A stretch of 64,000 nucleotides of DNA from Vicugna vicugna. Taxonomy: Eukaryota. The DNA is taken from contig MU058478.1 of assembly GCA_013265495.1 (NCBI GenBank), positions 585,349-649,348 on the forward strand, in the 5' to 3' direction. Within the stretch, counting starts at the first letter, position 1. Each line of letters begins with the position of its first letter. The position numbers and the translations under genes were made by a program. The notes below the pieces were generated by a model that was not told the DNA's origin, made no database searches, and was given only the letters and a program-made list of their open reading frames with translations. This document shows, piece after piece, positions 49,965 to 61,819 of this stretch.

Positions 49965-50585
49965 ATGTGTATAAAAATGCAACTGATTTCTGTGTATTAA
50001 TTTTGTGTCCTGCAACTTTACTGAATTCCTTGATGAGTTTTAGAAGTTTCCTGGGGGCATCCTTAGGGTTTGCCATTTATAGTATTAAGTCATCTGAAAA
50101 CTGACAGTTTGGCTTCTTTGTGTCCAGTTTGAATTCCTTTCATTTCTTTTTCTTCTCTAATTGCTGTGGCTAGGACTTCATAAAACTGGTGAGCGTGGAC
50201 ATCCTCGTCTTGTTCCCGATCTTAAAGAGAATGCTTCCGGGAATTCACCATGGAGTATAATGTTCATTGTGGGTTTGTCACATGTGGCCTTTACTATACT
50301 GAGATTTTTTTCCTCTGTGCTCACTTCCTGGAGAGCTTTTATCATAAAAGGATGTTGAATTTTATCAAAAGCTTTGACTGTGTCTATTCAGAAGATCAAA
50401 CGTTTTTGATTCTTCAGTTTGTTAGTGTGTTGTTATCACATGGATTGATTTGCGAATATTAAACCATCCTTGCATTCCTGGGATAAAACCCACCTGATCA
50501 TGGTGAATAATCCTTTTGATTTTGGATGGTTGGATTTTGTTTGCTAGTGTTTTGTCGAGGATGTCTGCATCTCTGTTCATCAGTG
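49965..50585 (-). mobile_element. L1 ORF2 reverse-transcriptase fragment
   Basis: ORF 50422-50631(-) contains [45 protein letters not shown], a hallmark L1 RT motif. Frame disrupted. Confidence 0.93.
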
Positions 50586-51726
50586 AAGTCACGGCATGAG
50601 GGACCAAAACAGGTGTCACCTTGGGGAGCACTCAGACAAGTCCAGGATGGGGGACAGTCAACACACTCAATGTTCTCCCCATTCAGCACCTTAAAATTAA
50701 AAAAAAATGAGGGTGGCTACTCTAGAAAAAAAGAAAGTTTAAAAAAGTTAATAGACTCCCCATATTTTGAGTTTTCATGCACAGGGCCACGGTTTCTACT
50801 AAAATGAGTATCATAATGCCTCCGTGGCCTTGGAGACCACCCTCTTGGACCACGTGGCTTCACTGCTGGACCCTTTAACCCAGCTGTGCAGAAGGAAGAT
50901 GGTTTGTGACAATTTGCCCACACACTCCCAGCTTTAACTCTCTGAGCATACCTTCCTGCATCCACCACACAAATTGACAATTATATGAAGGTAAACAAAG
51001 GATGCAGACAGCCCGATGTGTCTATGTGTGTGTCTGTGTGAGTCTGTGTGCACGCTTCTCCATGCGTGTGTGCAAAACCTTTGTCTTCACCAGCTGGTGT
51101 TGTTTGCAGATTGAAGGTTTGAGAAACAGAGACTGACTTCACGTCACGGGTTCTGGACTGCAGCATAATTTTGCTTCCTCTCTCTTTGTGAAGTGTCCCC
51201 CCTCCACATTTATTATTTCCACTGAAATGGAGCCGACTAAGACGGCCAGATCTCCAGACAGCAGGGCTGCAACTGCCCAGGCTTTGTCCCCGAGATGAGC
51301 GAGAGTAACAATCTTGAGACGAAAGTGCAAAGAGTTGTTAATCACGTTCCAATATTCCGTGCATGGAAATATTGATAAGCGACCTGAAGCGAGACCCACG
51401 AGGCCTGGGATTCCAGTTTGGCATCTTCGTGGAGTCATGATGACCATGCAAATGCTCAGCCAACCCCCAGGGCCACGGGACCAGCCAGCCCGCCTCCCCG
51501 TCTCCTCATGCACCCAGGGTCCCTTTTCCATCTCATCTTCCAGAGAATTAAGTCCCAAGGACCACCCACTCCAGGTTTCAAATTTGCCTTTTCAAACGTC
51601 CTCATATCTCAAGTCCTTTTCTGCAGCGGCTTCTCAGAAAAATTCTGGGGAGGGTTCATCTATAAACAGTCACACAGATCACAATTCTGGTAACTTTGCT
51701 TTTGGGTGTAACTCATGGACTAGGAC

Positions 51727-52426
51727 AGCACATTCTTCTTGTGTCTCTGTTTTTACTTTTTCATTTTTTTGTCTCACTCATGTTGGGATGAGACCCTAAA
51801 CGCATCCCCTGAGCGAAAAACCCATCATCATTTTCACCAGCTACACAGATGCTCTACGTGGTTTGGTAACAATAGAAAAAGACGGTTTAATTATTATCTC
51901 TTGCTGAACAGCTTGTTTTGTGAGAAAACCTAACATAGATTTGGTAATTAAACCAGTACATGTTTATTTGATGGATTGGGGGCGGCACATAGTTTATGCT
52001 TAAAAAAATGTGGCACAATTTCTGAATCAGGCAATGAGTTATTGGCTCACTCTTGACTGAACAAACACACTGATTTAGCACATTTTTCTTGTGTCTCTGT
52101 TTTTACTTTTTCATTTTTTTGTCTCACTCATGTTGGGATGAGACCCTAAACGCATCCCCTGAGCGAAAAACCCATCATCATTTTCACCAGCTACACAGAT
52201 GCTCTACGTGGTTTGGTAACAATAGAAAAAGACGGTTTAATTATTATCTCTTGCTGAACAGCTTGTTTTGTGAGAAAACCTAACATAGATTTGGTAATTA
52301 AACCAGTACATGTTTATTTGATGGATTGGGGGCGGCACATAGTTTATGCTTAAAAAAATGTGGCACAATTTCTGAATCAGGCAATGAGTTATTGGCTCAC
52401 TCTTGACTGAACAAACACACTGATTT
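51727..52426. repeat. near-perfect tandem duplication, 350-bp unit x2
   Basis: Copies start at 51727 and 52077 and give identical 64-aa ORFs at 51739 and 52089. I see one difference (CATTCTTC vs CATTTTTC). Confidence 0.97.
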
Positions 52427-54209
52427 TAATTTTGTTTCCTCCAATAAAACAGAAGATTCCACAAGTAGGATTTTTTTTTTTTCTTTCCTCTCCTCTTGCC
52501 CAGGTAACCACACATTTCTACTGGAAATCAGAATTGCTGGAGCTAATATTCCAACAATGACACCAAATCTTTAGTGACCCCACTGGCTGAGTCCATTTCA
52601 AACATTCCTGGAAAAATACATTTAACACAATAATGAAGAAGGTGCTCCCTGTATGACAGCATCCAGATAGGAGTTTAATAGTCAATTGCTCCAATTTAAC
52701 CGAAATTGCAATTATGAGCATGAATAATGCTCCAAGAATTACCAGCACATTTTGCAAGCCTGCTCTGTATCAACTCTGCTAAGTTATCTGCAAACATTAT
52801 TTCAATCAGTTCTGATTGAAACTTGAACTTGCAAGATAGCTTCTACTTTTACAGACAAGGACACCTATGTGTGGCATTTTAATTGTGTACGTGGTGTAGC
52901 TAGAAGACTGAAGGATTGAGATTGAAACCCGGGTCTGTCTCATCCCGGTTATAAAAAAAAGTTTTAAATTGGTCTAAAATGCTTCTTGTAACAACCTTGA
53001 AAGTAGTGCGGAATGCCACCAGGAATTTCTACAAATTGAATGTATTCAGGGATAGAAGGAAAAAGCTTTTATATTCAAGGGTTAAAAGGTAATCTATGGT
53101 AAATCAGTTTAATAAATTTTGCAATCTAAGGGCGATAGTTAATTACTGACTCTTTTCTTATACGGAAAGGAATAAGGATGCTTTCAGATTCCTGGGTGAT
53201 GAGTTTCTTACCTTCGTCTACAGCAGCAGAGAAATGCTCTCCTTGGTCCAACTCCCCCTGGACGTCTCATGACTCAAGACACAGAAGGAATGTGACCAGA
53301 AGCCTTACCCACCACCACGTTTCAACTTCAAATGGCCAAGGAGGAATCTGACCGCAGCCAGGAATCTGTCACGAGCCCTTCCTTTCCAGCGGGACGGGAA
53401 GCACGGAGCAGAATGGGCCCCTCCTGTTTCAGGAAAGATGGAAACAAGGGTGGATGGAGACACCCTGGGACTGCAGGGAATAAAAAGGTCGTATTGATGT
53501 GAGTGGAAAGAGCAATGTCCTTCAAAGCAACACATGCACAAAACAATATTCACCTCGACTTTTACAAAATTAAGAGAGTATAAATTATAAATGAGAACCT
53601 GGATATACGCAGATCAAGTTGAATCCTTGCACGTGCTGGGTAGATAGCTTCCAGCCGAAAGAGGGAGGGTATGGCCATGTCCATCGCAAGGTGAGGGAGA
53701 GAAAAGAGAGAATGGTCAGGGTTTTTTGTGGTTTCATATTCCCCAAATCAGCCAAACGTTTTGAGGACCCTCCATCCTGTTTTCCATACAGCTATACGAA
53801 GGTACATTTATTTCCACCAACAGTGCACAAGGGTTTCTTTTAGGAGAATAGATTCTTTTGAGCCTATGCAAATAACTGTATTCCCAGAAAAAATAGGAAT
53901 ATTCAGTTTGAGTTTCTGAATTCTGCAGGGATCAAGTAAGGAGAAAAATAAATGTTTCATTTCTATTTATAAAAGTACAATCTATTAAATTGCTGTGCGT
54001 TATGGATGGCTTAATAGAAAAGGAAAAAAAAAGAGTGTTTGTTTAAATTCAAAAAAAGGCATCAATATGCCAAGCAAAAGTCATTTTTAAAAAATCATAG
54101 TCATTTTTTATCAGTCTACGCAGTCCCGTGTTATTAATTTCTGTCCTTTTTGATCTTGGGTGAGTCATTTCATAAACCCATCCATTTCAAATTGTTTTTG
54201 AGCCAAATT

Positions 54210-54670
54210 TCATGTTCCCAGCATACAGTCAAAAATCCCCACCTCCCAGTGGTTTTCAGGAAGGACATTTTAAAGGCAAAATTTGGGGTGAGAGCTGCAG
54301 GGGACCTTTCTTTCTGATAGGTTGGTGGTGAGGAAATGGGTGTTGCTCCAAGAATTCTGTGCTCAGCCTGAAGCTGCCATCCTCCACTTGACTTGCACAG
54401 GGACAGAATCCCTACACAAGGACTTAGAGATAATTGCTGTGCATATTCCTTGAGGAGGGGCACGCCCCTGCCCTAAGGCTGCACACTTGTTTCTTGACTG
54501 CCCCTCCCATGTTTGCTGGGGTTCTCCACTTCCCTGATTAGCAACTCCTTGAATCTGCCCTTTGGAATCCGGGGAAAGTTTAGGACAATGAATGCTTCCT
54601 AGGAACAAGAAATAGGGGGCACAGAAGGTTTTGGGATCCAGGAAACCCCACAGGGTTCTGCTCAGTTTCA
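54210..54670 (-). mobile_element. ERV1-type 3' LTR preceded by a polypurine tract
   Basis: Minus strand reads AAGAAAAGGGGG-CGT-TGAAACTGAGCAG (PPT then LTR start). Related to the LTR at 16039; U5 end truncated. Confidence 0.8.
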
Positions 54671-55566
54671 ACGCCCCCTTTTCTTCGTGCTTTTCTATCA
54701 TGAAGGGAACAGGTGTTGGACAAGAAAGGAAATCATGTTTTAGACACAGAGGTTAAATATACACTTGGCAGAGGAACTCAGTTTGGGGGGGAACTGCGTT
54801 CATTATGAGTTCTGGAAATCCTTCCTCGGTCCAGTGGTATGATCCCAGAGTCATTAACGCCGTCAGAAGCCTGAACCCCAGAAGAACTGCCACGGTCCTT
54901 CCTGTGGGTCTCTGAGACAGCTCCCTTTGCTGAAAACAACAGTTTGCCCTGCAGCTGATTATAAGAGCTTTTAGAGAAGCAACAAGAAAAAAAAAAAAAT
55001 TATGTCAGGACATATCACGGAGAGCAAGGACCCTGATAAAATTCCAGAAACTTTATATAATTTCTGAAGTACTTTATTAATAGCATGCTCATAGAAATAG
55101 AACCTAATAAAGGTTAAGTATTTCTTATTTGAGAATTTAGCATAGCAATTAGACCTAATTAGTTTAATATCTTCTTTTTGATCAGCTGAGAGAATAAATC
55201 CTTTGAGATGCTCCAAGGGCCCTTTGAGAAACCAATGGCAGTTCAAGGTCAAGATTTCACATGGAATTTGATTTGGGGAGATTGTCCAAAATGTCAAACG
55301 GTTTTAAAATTTGATGAAACATGATCACAGGTCACCGTGAAACAAAACTTAGTTATCCATCCAACCAAAGTGTCAATGAAACATTTCAAAAATAATTATA
55401 GGGGGTAACAGGATGAAAAAAAATTATTTTTTTATTATTAAGAAGACTAGATTAACCTAAATAATCAAAGACATGATAAAGACAACATAAAACATGAGAT
55501 TATTTTGATAAGCACTGAATCTCTGTTTCCTAGATGGATTACTTGAAAAAGTAAAGAAAACCCTTT

Positions 55567-55605
55567 TGCTAAGCAGACACTGACCGCCGAGTTATACCCT
55601 CCTCC
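55567..55605 (-). mobile_element. SINE head fragment (Vic-1-like)
   Basis: Minus strand GGAGGAGGGTATAACTCGGCGGTCAGTGTCTGCTTAGCA matches the first ~40 nt of the other SINE copies. Confidence 0.6.
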
Positions 55606-56688
55606 ATGGCTACGATTCTTTATAGAACAATTTACAAATGGGGCAAAGAAACATATTTATTAATACACCCAAACATCTTTAATCTCCCTGTAAAACTTGG
55701 AAAGCCAAAAGCGTAAAAACTTGAGCTTATGCTCAGTAACTAATGTTCCAGTGTTTTATTTTATGTGGTTGTGATGTAGATGGTCAACGAATATCCACCA
55801 TTTATCTTAACTTACTATGACATTAACATGTCCAATTACCAAAAGATTTTGGAAACCACTTTTATGCAGACATACTCTAAAACACAAAGATTGTTGAAAT
55901 ATAGTTTGTCAGAACAATGACTCAACCTCATTAAAATCACATTTATATTTACTAACCTTAAATACCCAGCCGATACACCGTTAGCTTATTTGACTAGTAA
56001 ACGCAAGCAGAATTTAGATTGTTAAGTCTGCATTATATTTAACGCTCACAATTCTGGAGACATCCTTGCTTTTATTAAGCCAACAATATTAAACAATAAA
56101 CTAGTTTGGTTTTTTTTTTCTTTTTTCTTTACCAAAGAGTTTTGGAAAGTATTTTTGCTTGACTCCTGTATTTCCAGAAGGTTTTTTTTTTTTTTAAATA
56201 TTTGACTTATAGGTACTTTTTTTTTTCTCTAAGCCAATTTAGAACAGAACTCCCTTCATTGACTAATATCATCTGGAGGTAAGAAAATACCGTATTTAAT
56301 GTACATGCACGTCTGTATAAAACGTACGTATGGAAACACACAGACAAATGCAAGCAGAGGCTTCATGGATTGGATCCTGAGATTTCAGCCATGATTCAGA
56401 TATAATTACAGGACTCACCAGTTGTGGAAGAGTCAGCTCCCATCTTTGCCCCCCTTTTTTAATCTTAATTACATTTCTGGCAGATGGAACATTTAATGTT
56501 TATTATGTGCTCAGTATGAGCCCTAAGACTTTTTACTTCTATTGTGGAGGTGACGTAAGAATTTTTTTTCCCTTGATGTATAATCTTATGGTGGTTCAGC
56601 CCCAGGGTTTTGGGGGGTGTTTTTTGAAGTCAACTGAGAAGTTAAAGCAAAGTGCCCTTGTGATTGGGAGCCAGAGTTCTTACCTCCC

Positions 56689-57363
56689 NNNNNNNNNNNN
56701 NNNNNNNNNNNNNNNNNNNNNNNNNNNNNNNNNNNNNNNNNNNNNNNNNNNNNNNNNNNNNNNNNNNNNNNNNNNNNNNNNNNNNNNNNNNNNNNNNNNN
56801 NNNNNNNNNNNNNNNNNNNNNNNNNNNNNNNNNNNNNNNNNNNNNNNNNNNNNNNNNNNNNNNNNNNNNNNNNNNNNNNNNNNNNNNNNNNNNNNNNNNN
56901 NNNNNNNNNNNNNNNNNNNNNNNNNNNNNNNNNNNNNNNNNNNNNNNNNNNNNNNNNNNNNNNNNNNNNNNNNNNNNNNNNNNNNNNNNNNNNNNNNNNN
57001 NNNNNNNNNNNNNNNNNNNNNNNNNNNNNNNNNNNNNNNNNNNNNNNNNNNNNNNNNNNNNNNNNNNNNNNNNNNNNNNNNNNNNNNNNNNNNNNNNNNN
57101 NNNNNNNNNNNNNNNNNNNNNNNNNNNNNNNNNNNNNNNNNNNNNNNNNNNNNNNNNNNNNNNNNNNNNNNNNNNNNNNNNNNNNNNNNNNNNNNNNNNN
57201 NNNNNNNNNNNNNNNNNNNNNNNNNNNNNNNNNNNNNNNNNNNNNNNNNNNNNNNNNNNNNNNNNNNNNNNNNNNNNNNNNNNNNNNNNNNNNNNNNNNN
57301 NNNNNNNNNNNNNNNNNNNNNNNNNNNNNNNNNNNNNNNNNNNNNNNNNNNNNNNNNNNNNNN
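56689..57363. other. assembly gap (675 N)
   Basis: Run of N; the right edge is inside an L1 3' UTR. Confidence 1.
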
Positions 57364-57707
57364 GAAAGAAAAAAAAACAAATGAACATAAATACAGAACA
57401 GGAACAGACTCATAGACATAGAATACAAACTTGTGGTTGCCAGGTGGGATGGGGTGGGAAGGGACAGGCTGGGAGTTTGAAATTTGTAGATACTGGCAGG
57501 TGTATATAGAATAGATAAACAAGATTATACTGTGTAGCACAGGGAAATATATACAAGATCTTGTGGTAGCTCACGGTGAAAAAAATGTGACAATGAGTGT
57601 GTATATGTCCATGAATGACTGAAAAATTGTGCTCTACACTGGAACTTGACACAACATTGTAAACTGCCTATAATGCAATAAAATAAAATTAAAAATAAAA
57701 ATAAAAT
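57364..57707 (+). mobile_element. L1 3' UTR with A-rich tail
   Basis: Closely similar to the 3' UTR of the L1 at 35992-36705. Confidence 0.93.
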
Positions 57708-57858
57708 TTTTTTAACATTTTTTATTGATTTATAATCATTTTGCAATGTTGTGTCAAATTCCAGTGTTCAGCACAATTTTTCAGTCATTCATGGACATAT
57801 ACACACTCATTGTCACATTTTTTTCTCTGTGAGCTACCATAACATTTTGTGTATATTT
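57708..57858 (-). mobile_element. short L1 3' end, tail-to-tail with the preceding L1
   Basis: TTTTTAACATTTTTTATTGATTTATAATCATTTTGCAATGTTGTGTCAAATTCCAGTG... is the reverse-strand L1 terminus. Confidence 0.92.
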
Positions 57859-58192
57859 TTTAAAGAGCAAAGGAAGAAAACCAAAAAAAAAGTGGAGGAG
57901 GGTTTTGTGGTGGGTATGGATTTTAATTTTTTTAATTCATCTGACATTTGATCTTTAATTTTGTTAAAGGAATACTTTAGGGGCGCCATGAAACTTTTTT
58001 CCTTCATTTAATTTGATTCTCCCATAGATAACAAAGGGATATTTGTCTAGGGTGAGAACTCTCTCTAAAAAAAAAATCCTTTTAAATATAAAAGCTCTCT
58101 CGGTTCAAAGATCTGTCATGTGGCCACCAGGAATTTAGAATCTCCCAAAGAATACCAGTTCCAAAATGTGACTCAAATCCAATAAGCCTTTT

Positions 58193-58733
58193 TGTTACTG
58201 GGCCCTTTCCAGACTCTTGGACAGCAATACCGTAGAAATAAAAACTGCTTCCACAAGACTCTTAGGCGGGGAAAGCTTTTTATTAAAAGAGATGGCTTGT
58301 GCACAAGGGAGAAGGTGGGGGGAGAAAGAGGGGCCAGCTCCCCAAGTAGAAGGGGGGAGTTGCTTTTATAACAAAAGGAAGGACTTATCTCCTGATCATG
58401 GATAATTCCCAGAATTCTTCAAAATTCTTTGATCATCAGCCGGTGGCCCCGTGGTGGCTACTGGGAATAAAGAGTACTTCTGTCAGAGGAAAGGAATGTT
58501 GGAGAATTTTTCTGCAAAACACAGGAATAGAAAAGGTTAAAATTTATAGCTGAGCTTCTTGTGTGTTGGCAACCAGGCAAACTTCTTAGCAGAACAAAGA
58601 GCCTGGATTTTTTTCTCTGAGGCTCAGGACCTTTGTTCTTTAGCTGGAAGAGACTGCCTTGCCCAAAGCCATTTCTGGTCCTTTTCCGAAGTGGCTGTAC
58701 TCTTGTCTTCCTGTCTCACTTAATGACTTAACA
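58193..58733 (-). mobile_element. LTR (ERV-type), apparently solo
   Basis: TGTTA...TAACA termini. On the minus strand a TATA-like TTATAAAA (~58364-58371) precedes an AATAAA (~58280), the U3-R-U5 order. Confidence 0.7.
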
Positions 58734-58747
58734 GTGGGTGGAGGAGA

Positions 58748-59292
58748 TGTTCCTGAAATGTTGGAGAGCAAGTTCTTGTCTTGTCCCAGAAAGAATTCAG
58801 AAATGGGACATGGAGGTCAAGAAAGCAAAGCAAGAATTTATTAAGCCATAGACAGTACACCTTCAAAGGGAGAGCAGGTGGACTCAGGTGAGTAGCTGCC
58901 CCAAGTTTCTTTGGCAAGTTGGTTATATGGGTGTAAAAATGAGTGGGTGGAATTCATTGGTGGGAGGGGCTTGAGGTCATCTTTCCTGATCTTCATCCAG
59001 TTCCTTGTCCCATGGGGAGGAGGGATTTTGTCCTTATTTACTCTTGATCAGGAAGTCAGATGAGGTCATAATGAGCAAAAGGTTACATTTGGATGGTGGA
59101 GATTCCTGCCTTTTCCCACCTTCCTTTGCCTGCCTCCAGGACACCCGTCAACCCAGAATATGTGGTTTCTTATCAGTCTGGAGGTTCCTGCTTTTCTCTG
59201 CCTGCCCAAGAATCACAAGATGTGTGGTTTCATACCATTTGGTCTGCATCCACCTTTCTCTGCTCATATCTACCCATCTGCCTGCTCTAACA
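58748..59292 (-). mobile_element. ERV1-type LTR (family B, copy 1)
   Basis: TGTT...AACA termini and AATAAA on the minus strand. Aligns with 61333-61750 (GTCCCAGAAAGAATTCAGA, GACTCAGGTGAG.AGCTGCCC, GAGCAAAAGGTTACATT). Confidence 0.8.
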
Positions 59293-59680
59293 GCTGGCCC
59301 CAAAATTAAATTGACATAGGAAAATAACAGGACAGGAAGAAAAAAAATTTAATTATGAATGTATACAAAGGAAACCACAAAGATATGAGACTCAAAAAGC
59401 AGACAGATCACTTAGGCTTAGATATCACCCAGGGCTGAGGAAAGGGGACAGGGGTCTGGGGTTTCAAAGAGGGAAGGAAACTCAAGAGAATGTGGCAAGG
59501 GGAAATGTTTGGTGAGAAAAGGCTCCCCTTCTAATGTGAATTTCCTTTGCAAGTGTAGATTTCTCTTGCAAAAGGGTAACTTCTACTCTGTCTTCAGGGC
59601 TTCTCTATTGTCTACAGTTGCTCAAAATAATCCTTAAGCCAAAAAGGCATATTTGGGGGTCTCATATTCTGCACCCCCCT
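59293..59680 (-). mobile_element. MER34/MER39-like ERV1 LTR
   Basis: CAAAAGGGTAACTTCTACTCTGTCTTCAGGGCTTCT...CTCAAAATAATCCTTAAGCCAAAAAGGCATATTTGGGGGT...ATATTCTG matches the recalled MER34-type terminus. Confidence 0.7.
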
Positions 59681-60254
59681 TGCCTCACTCTAACCCCAGC
59701 CCCATTACTGAAGGTTACACTTCAGCAAGGGGGAGATTGTACCAAGAAGAAAAGCGTATAGTGAGCAAATGAAGTATTGATGAACATGTAAATGCATCAC
59801 AAATGGGTTGATTTTAAGCACTAGCATAATTGGAGCTACTACTTAGAAAGGATTAGAAAAAAATCTGTATTGAAATGCTACACGATAATGCCAGGAAAGA
59901 CGGGAAGACAGCAAAATTATGCTGCCATTCCTTCACTGTCCACTTTATCTAAGAGTTATCCACTGTATGAATAAAAATAAAAATCAGTGGAAGGAAAAAT
60001 GTGTGTGGGGTGGTAAATAGGTAAAACTCGATTAATTGAAGGCAGGAAGGAAAGGCAGAGGATCAAAGGAGACAGATGGAACACAGAAAATGTGCAATAA
60101 CATGGGAATGTGAATGAAAAGTATTGCCACTGAATGTCCGTCAACATTGGCTATCTTCTCTCCCAGTAAAAACCCAAACATTGGTCATCTGGTAGGAGAT
60201 ATAAAAACTCACAAGTCTACGTGGCATCGTACAGACCAAATTGCCTAATGTTTG

Positions 60255-60485
60255 TTTGTTTTTTTAATTGAAGTACAGTCAGTTACAAGGTGTCCATTTC
60301 TGGTGCACAGCGCAATGTCCCCGCCACGCACATACACACATATATGCCTTTTCATCTTCTTTCTCATTATACGTTGCTACAAGATATTGACTATAGTTCC
60401 CTGTGTTAGACAGAAGAACTCTGGTTTTCACCTACTTTATATATATGGTAATTAATATTTGCAAATCTCAAATTCCCAATGTGTC
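60255..60485 (-). mobile_element. 5'-truncated L1 3' end with TSD
   Basis: TTTTTAATTGAAGTACAGTCAGTTACA... TSD CCTAATGTTTG at 60244-60254 and 60486-60496. Confidence 0.9.
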
Positions 60486-61332
60486 CCTAATGTTTGATTG
60501 ATTGTTTTTTTCACCTAGGTGTGTAGTGTGTGGAGGCTGACTTTAGGATTTTAGCTGAAATGCATCCTACAGATGGAGACCTTGAGAAACCTGTTGGGAC
60601 AGTGAGGAACCAGCCATGATGTCCAGCACCCCTCCTGGGCTTCAGTCTTGCTGAGGGCCTGCCATGTGGAGTGTGGACTAAACTCAGAAAAGAATTTCCA
60701 CGGCCATTCCAGGCATCTCTCTCCACTAGGTTTTACTTTTCTTAAATTCTCAGGGGAAGAAACATCAAAATTCCCCAAACCCTCAAATCTTTCCGCCTTT
60801 TACTGAGGGTTCTAAACTGCCTTATTTTTTTTTTCTGTGCAGATATGGAAAATATACGGTCTCGCTTGTGGTGATATTTGTGCTGTGGGAGAGAAGCTGA
60901 AATAACACTTGGGACCCAGATAGACTGCAAATGACAGGGGCCTTTGAAAAATCACTCTCTGTGTATTGATTCACTCTGGAAAAGAGAGCCTGTGGGTCTG
61001 AGAGCAGCGAGCCCTGGGCAACCCCAGGCCCCGCTTTCAGACTCAGCTGATGCTCTGCAAAATTTCAGCTGTCGGTGGCACTTAGCGAGGCACCCACCAG
61101 CTAAGCTTGCTACTGCTTTCTTCTGCCTTTGAAAGCCTTTCCCTTTATTCTGAACACGCTCTGGTATCTGCTTAAGAGCCTCATTACCTTTCCTGCAACT
61201 TAGAAGCCTCCAACACAACAGAAATGCACTCACCATCCGTCAGGGAGCGGCGGTGAATAAATGATGTCAGAGACACAACGGAGAGTCAAGCAGCCCTTTG
61301 GAAACATGAGGTCAAATCTGGCCCTGACACGG

Positions 61333-61750
61333 TGTTGCTGGTGGATGTAACTGGCATTCCCGTCCCAGAAAGAATTCAGAGACAAGACTCAGTGGTTTAA
61401 AAAGTAAAGTGAAGATTTATCAAAGGATGGATAGGACGCTCTCAAGGGGAGAGCGGGCAGACTCAGGTGAGCAGCTGCCCTGAGTTCCTTTGATAAATTG
61501 GTTACAGAGGGTGTAAAAATGAATGTGCAGCATATTCATTGCAGAGGGGAGTGTTTGGGGTCGTATTCCCTGATTTTCATTCCAGCTCCACCTTCCCAAA
61601 GGAAGGAGGGATTTTTGTCCTTTATTTAGTCTGGATCAGAAGTGTCATGACATCAGTGCATGGTGGATACTTCTGATCTACAAGGCTAATGTTATTGAAA
61701 CGAGTGCAGAGTGAGCAAAAGGTTACATTCAGACACTGGGAATTCCTACT
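61333..61750 (-). mobile_element. ERV1-type LTR (family B, copy 2), truncated at an L1 tail
   Basis: Homologous to 58748-59110; similarity stops where the L1 terminus begins. Confidence 0.8.
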
Positions 61751-61819
61751 GAATCACTCTGTTCTGCACCAGAAATTGACACAACATTGTGAACTGACTT
61801 TACTTCAATTAAAAAAAAA
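61751..61819 (+). mobile_element. very short L1 3' terminus
   Basis: GAATCACTCTGTTCTGCACCAGAAATTGACACAACATTGTGAACTGACTTTACTTCAATT followed by poly-A. Confidence 0.85.

Larger units (their letters stand above)
53845..58192 (-). mobile_element. ERV1-class (MER4-group-like) non-coding internal sequence with nested LTR, SINE and L1 pieces
   Basis: AT-rich sequence typical of non-autonomous ERV1 internals abuts a PPT-LTR junction at 54670-54685. No gag/pol ORF. Family assignment from memory. Confidence 0.55.

Noticed and set aside
56507..57540. Long ORFs of 248-302 aa
   Set aside because: Artefacts of translating through the 675-N gap.
58170..58733. LTR at 58193 as the 5' LTR of the ERV internal region
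   Set aside because: No TGG-starting primer-binding site follows it on the minus strand, and it is not similar to the PPT-linked LTR at 54210-54670.
58748..61750. Two family-B LTRs as the ends of one provirus
   Set aside because: The copies are visibly diverged with indels, I see no PBS or PPT at their inner edges, and the interval holds a MER34-like LTR, L1 pieces and unique DNA.
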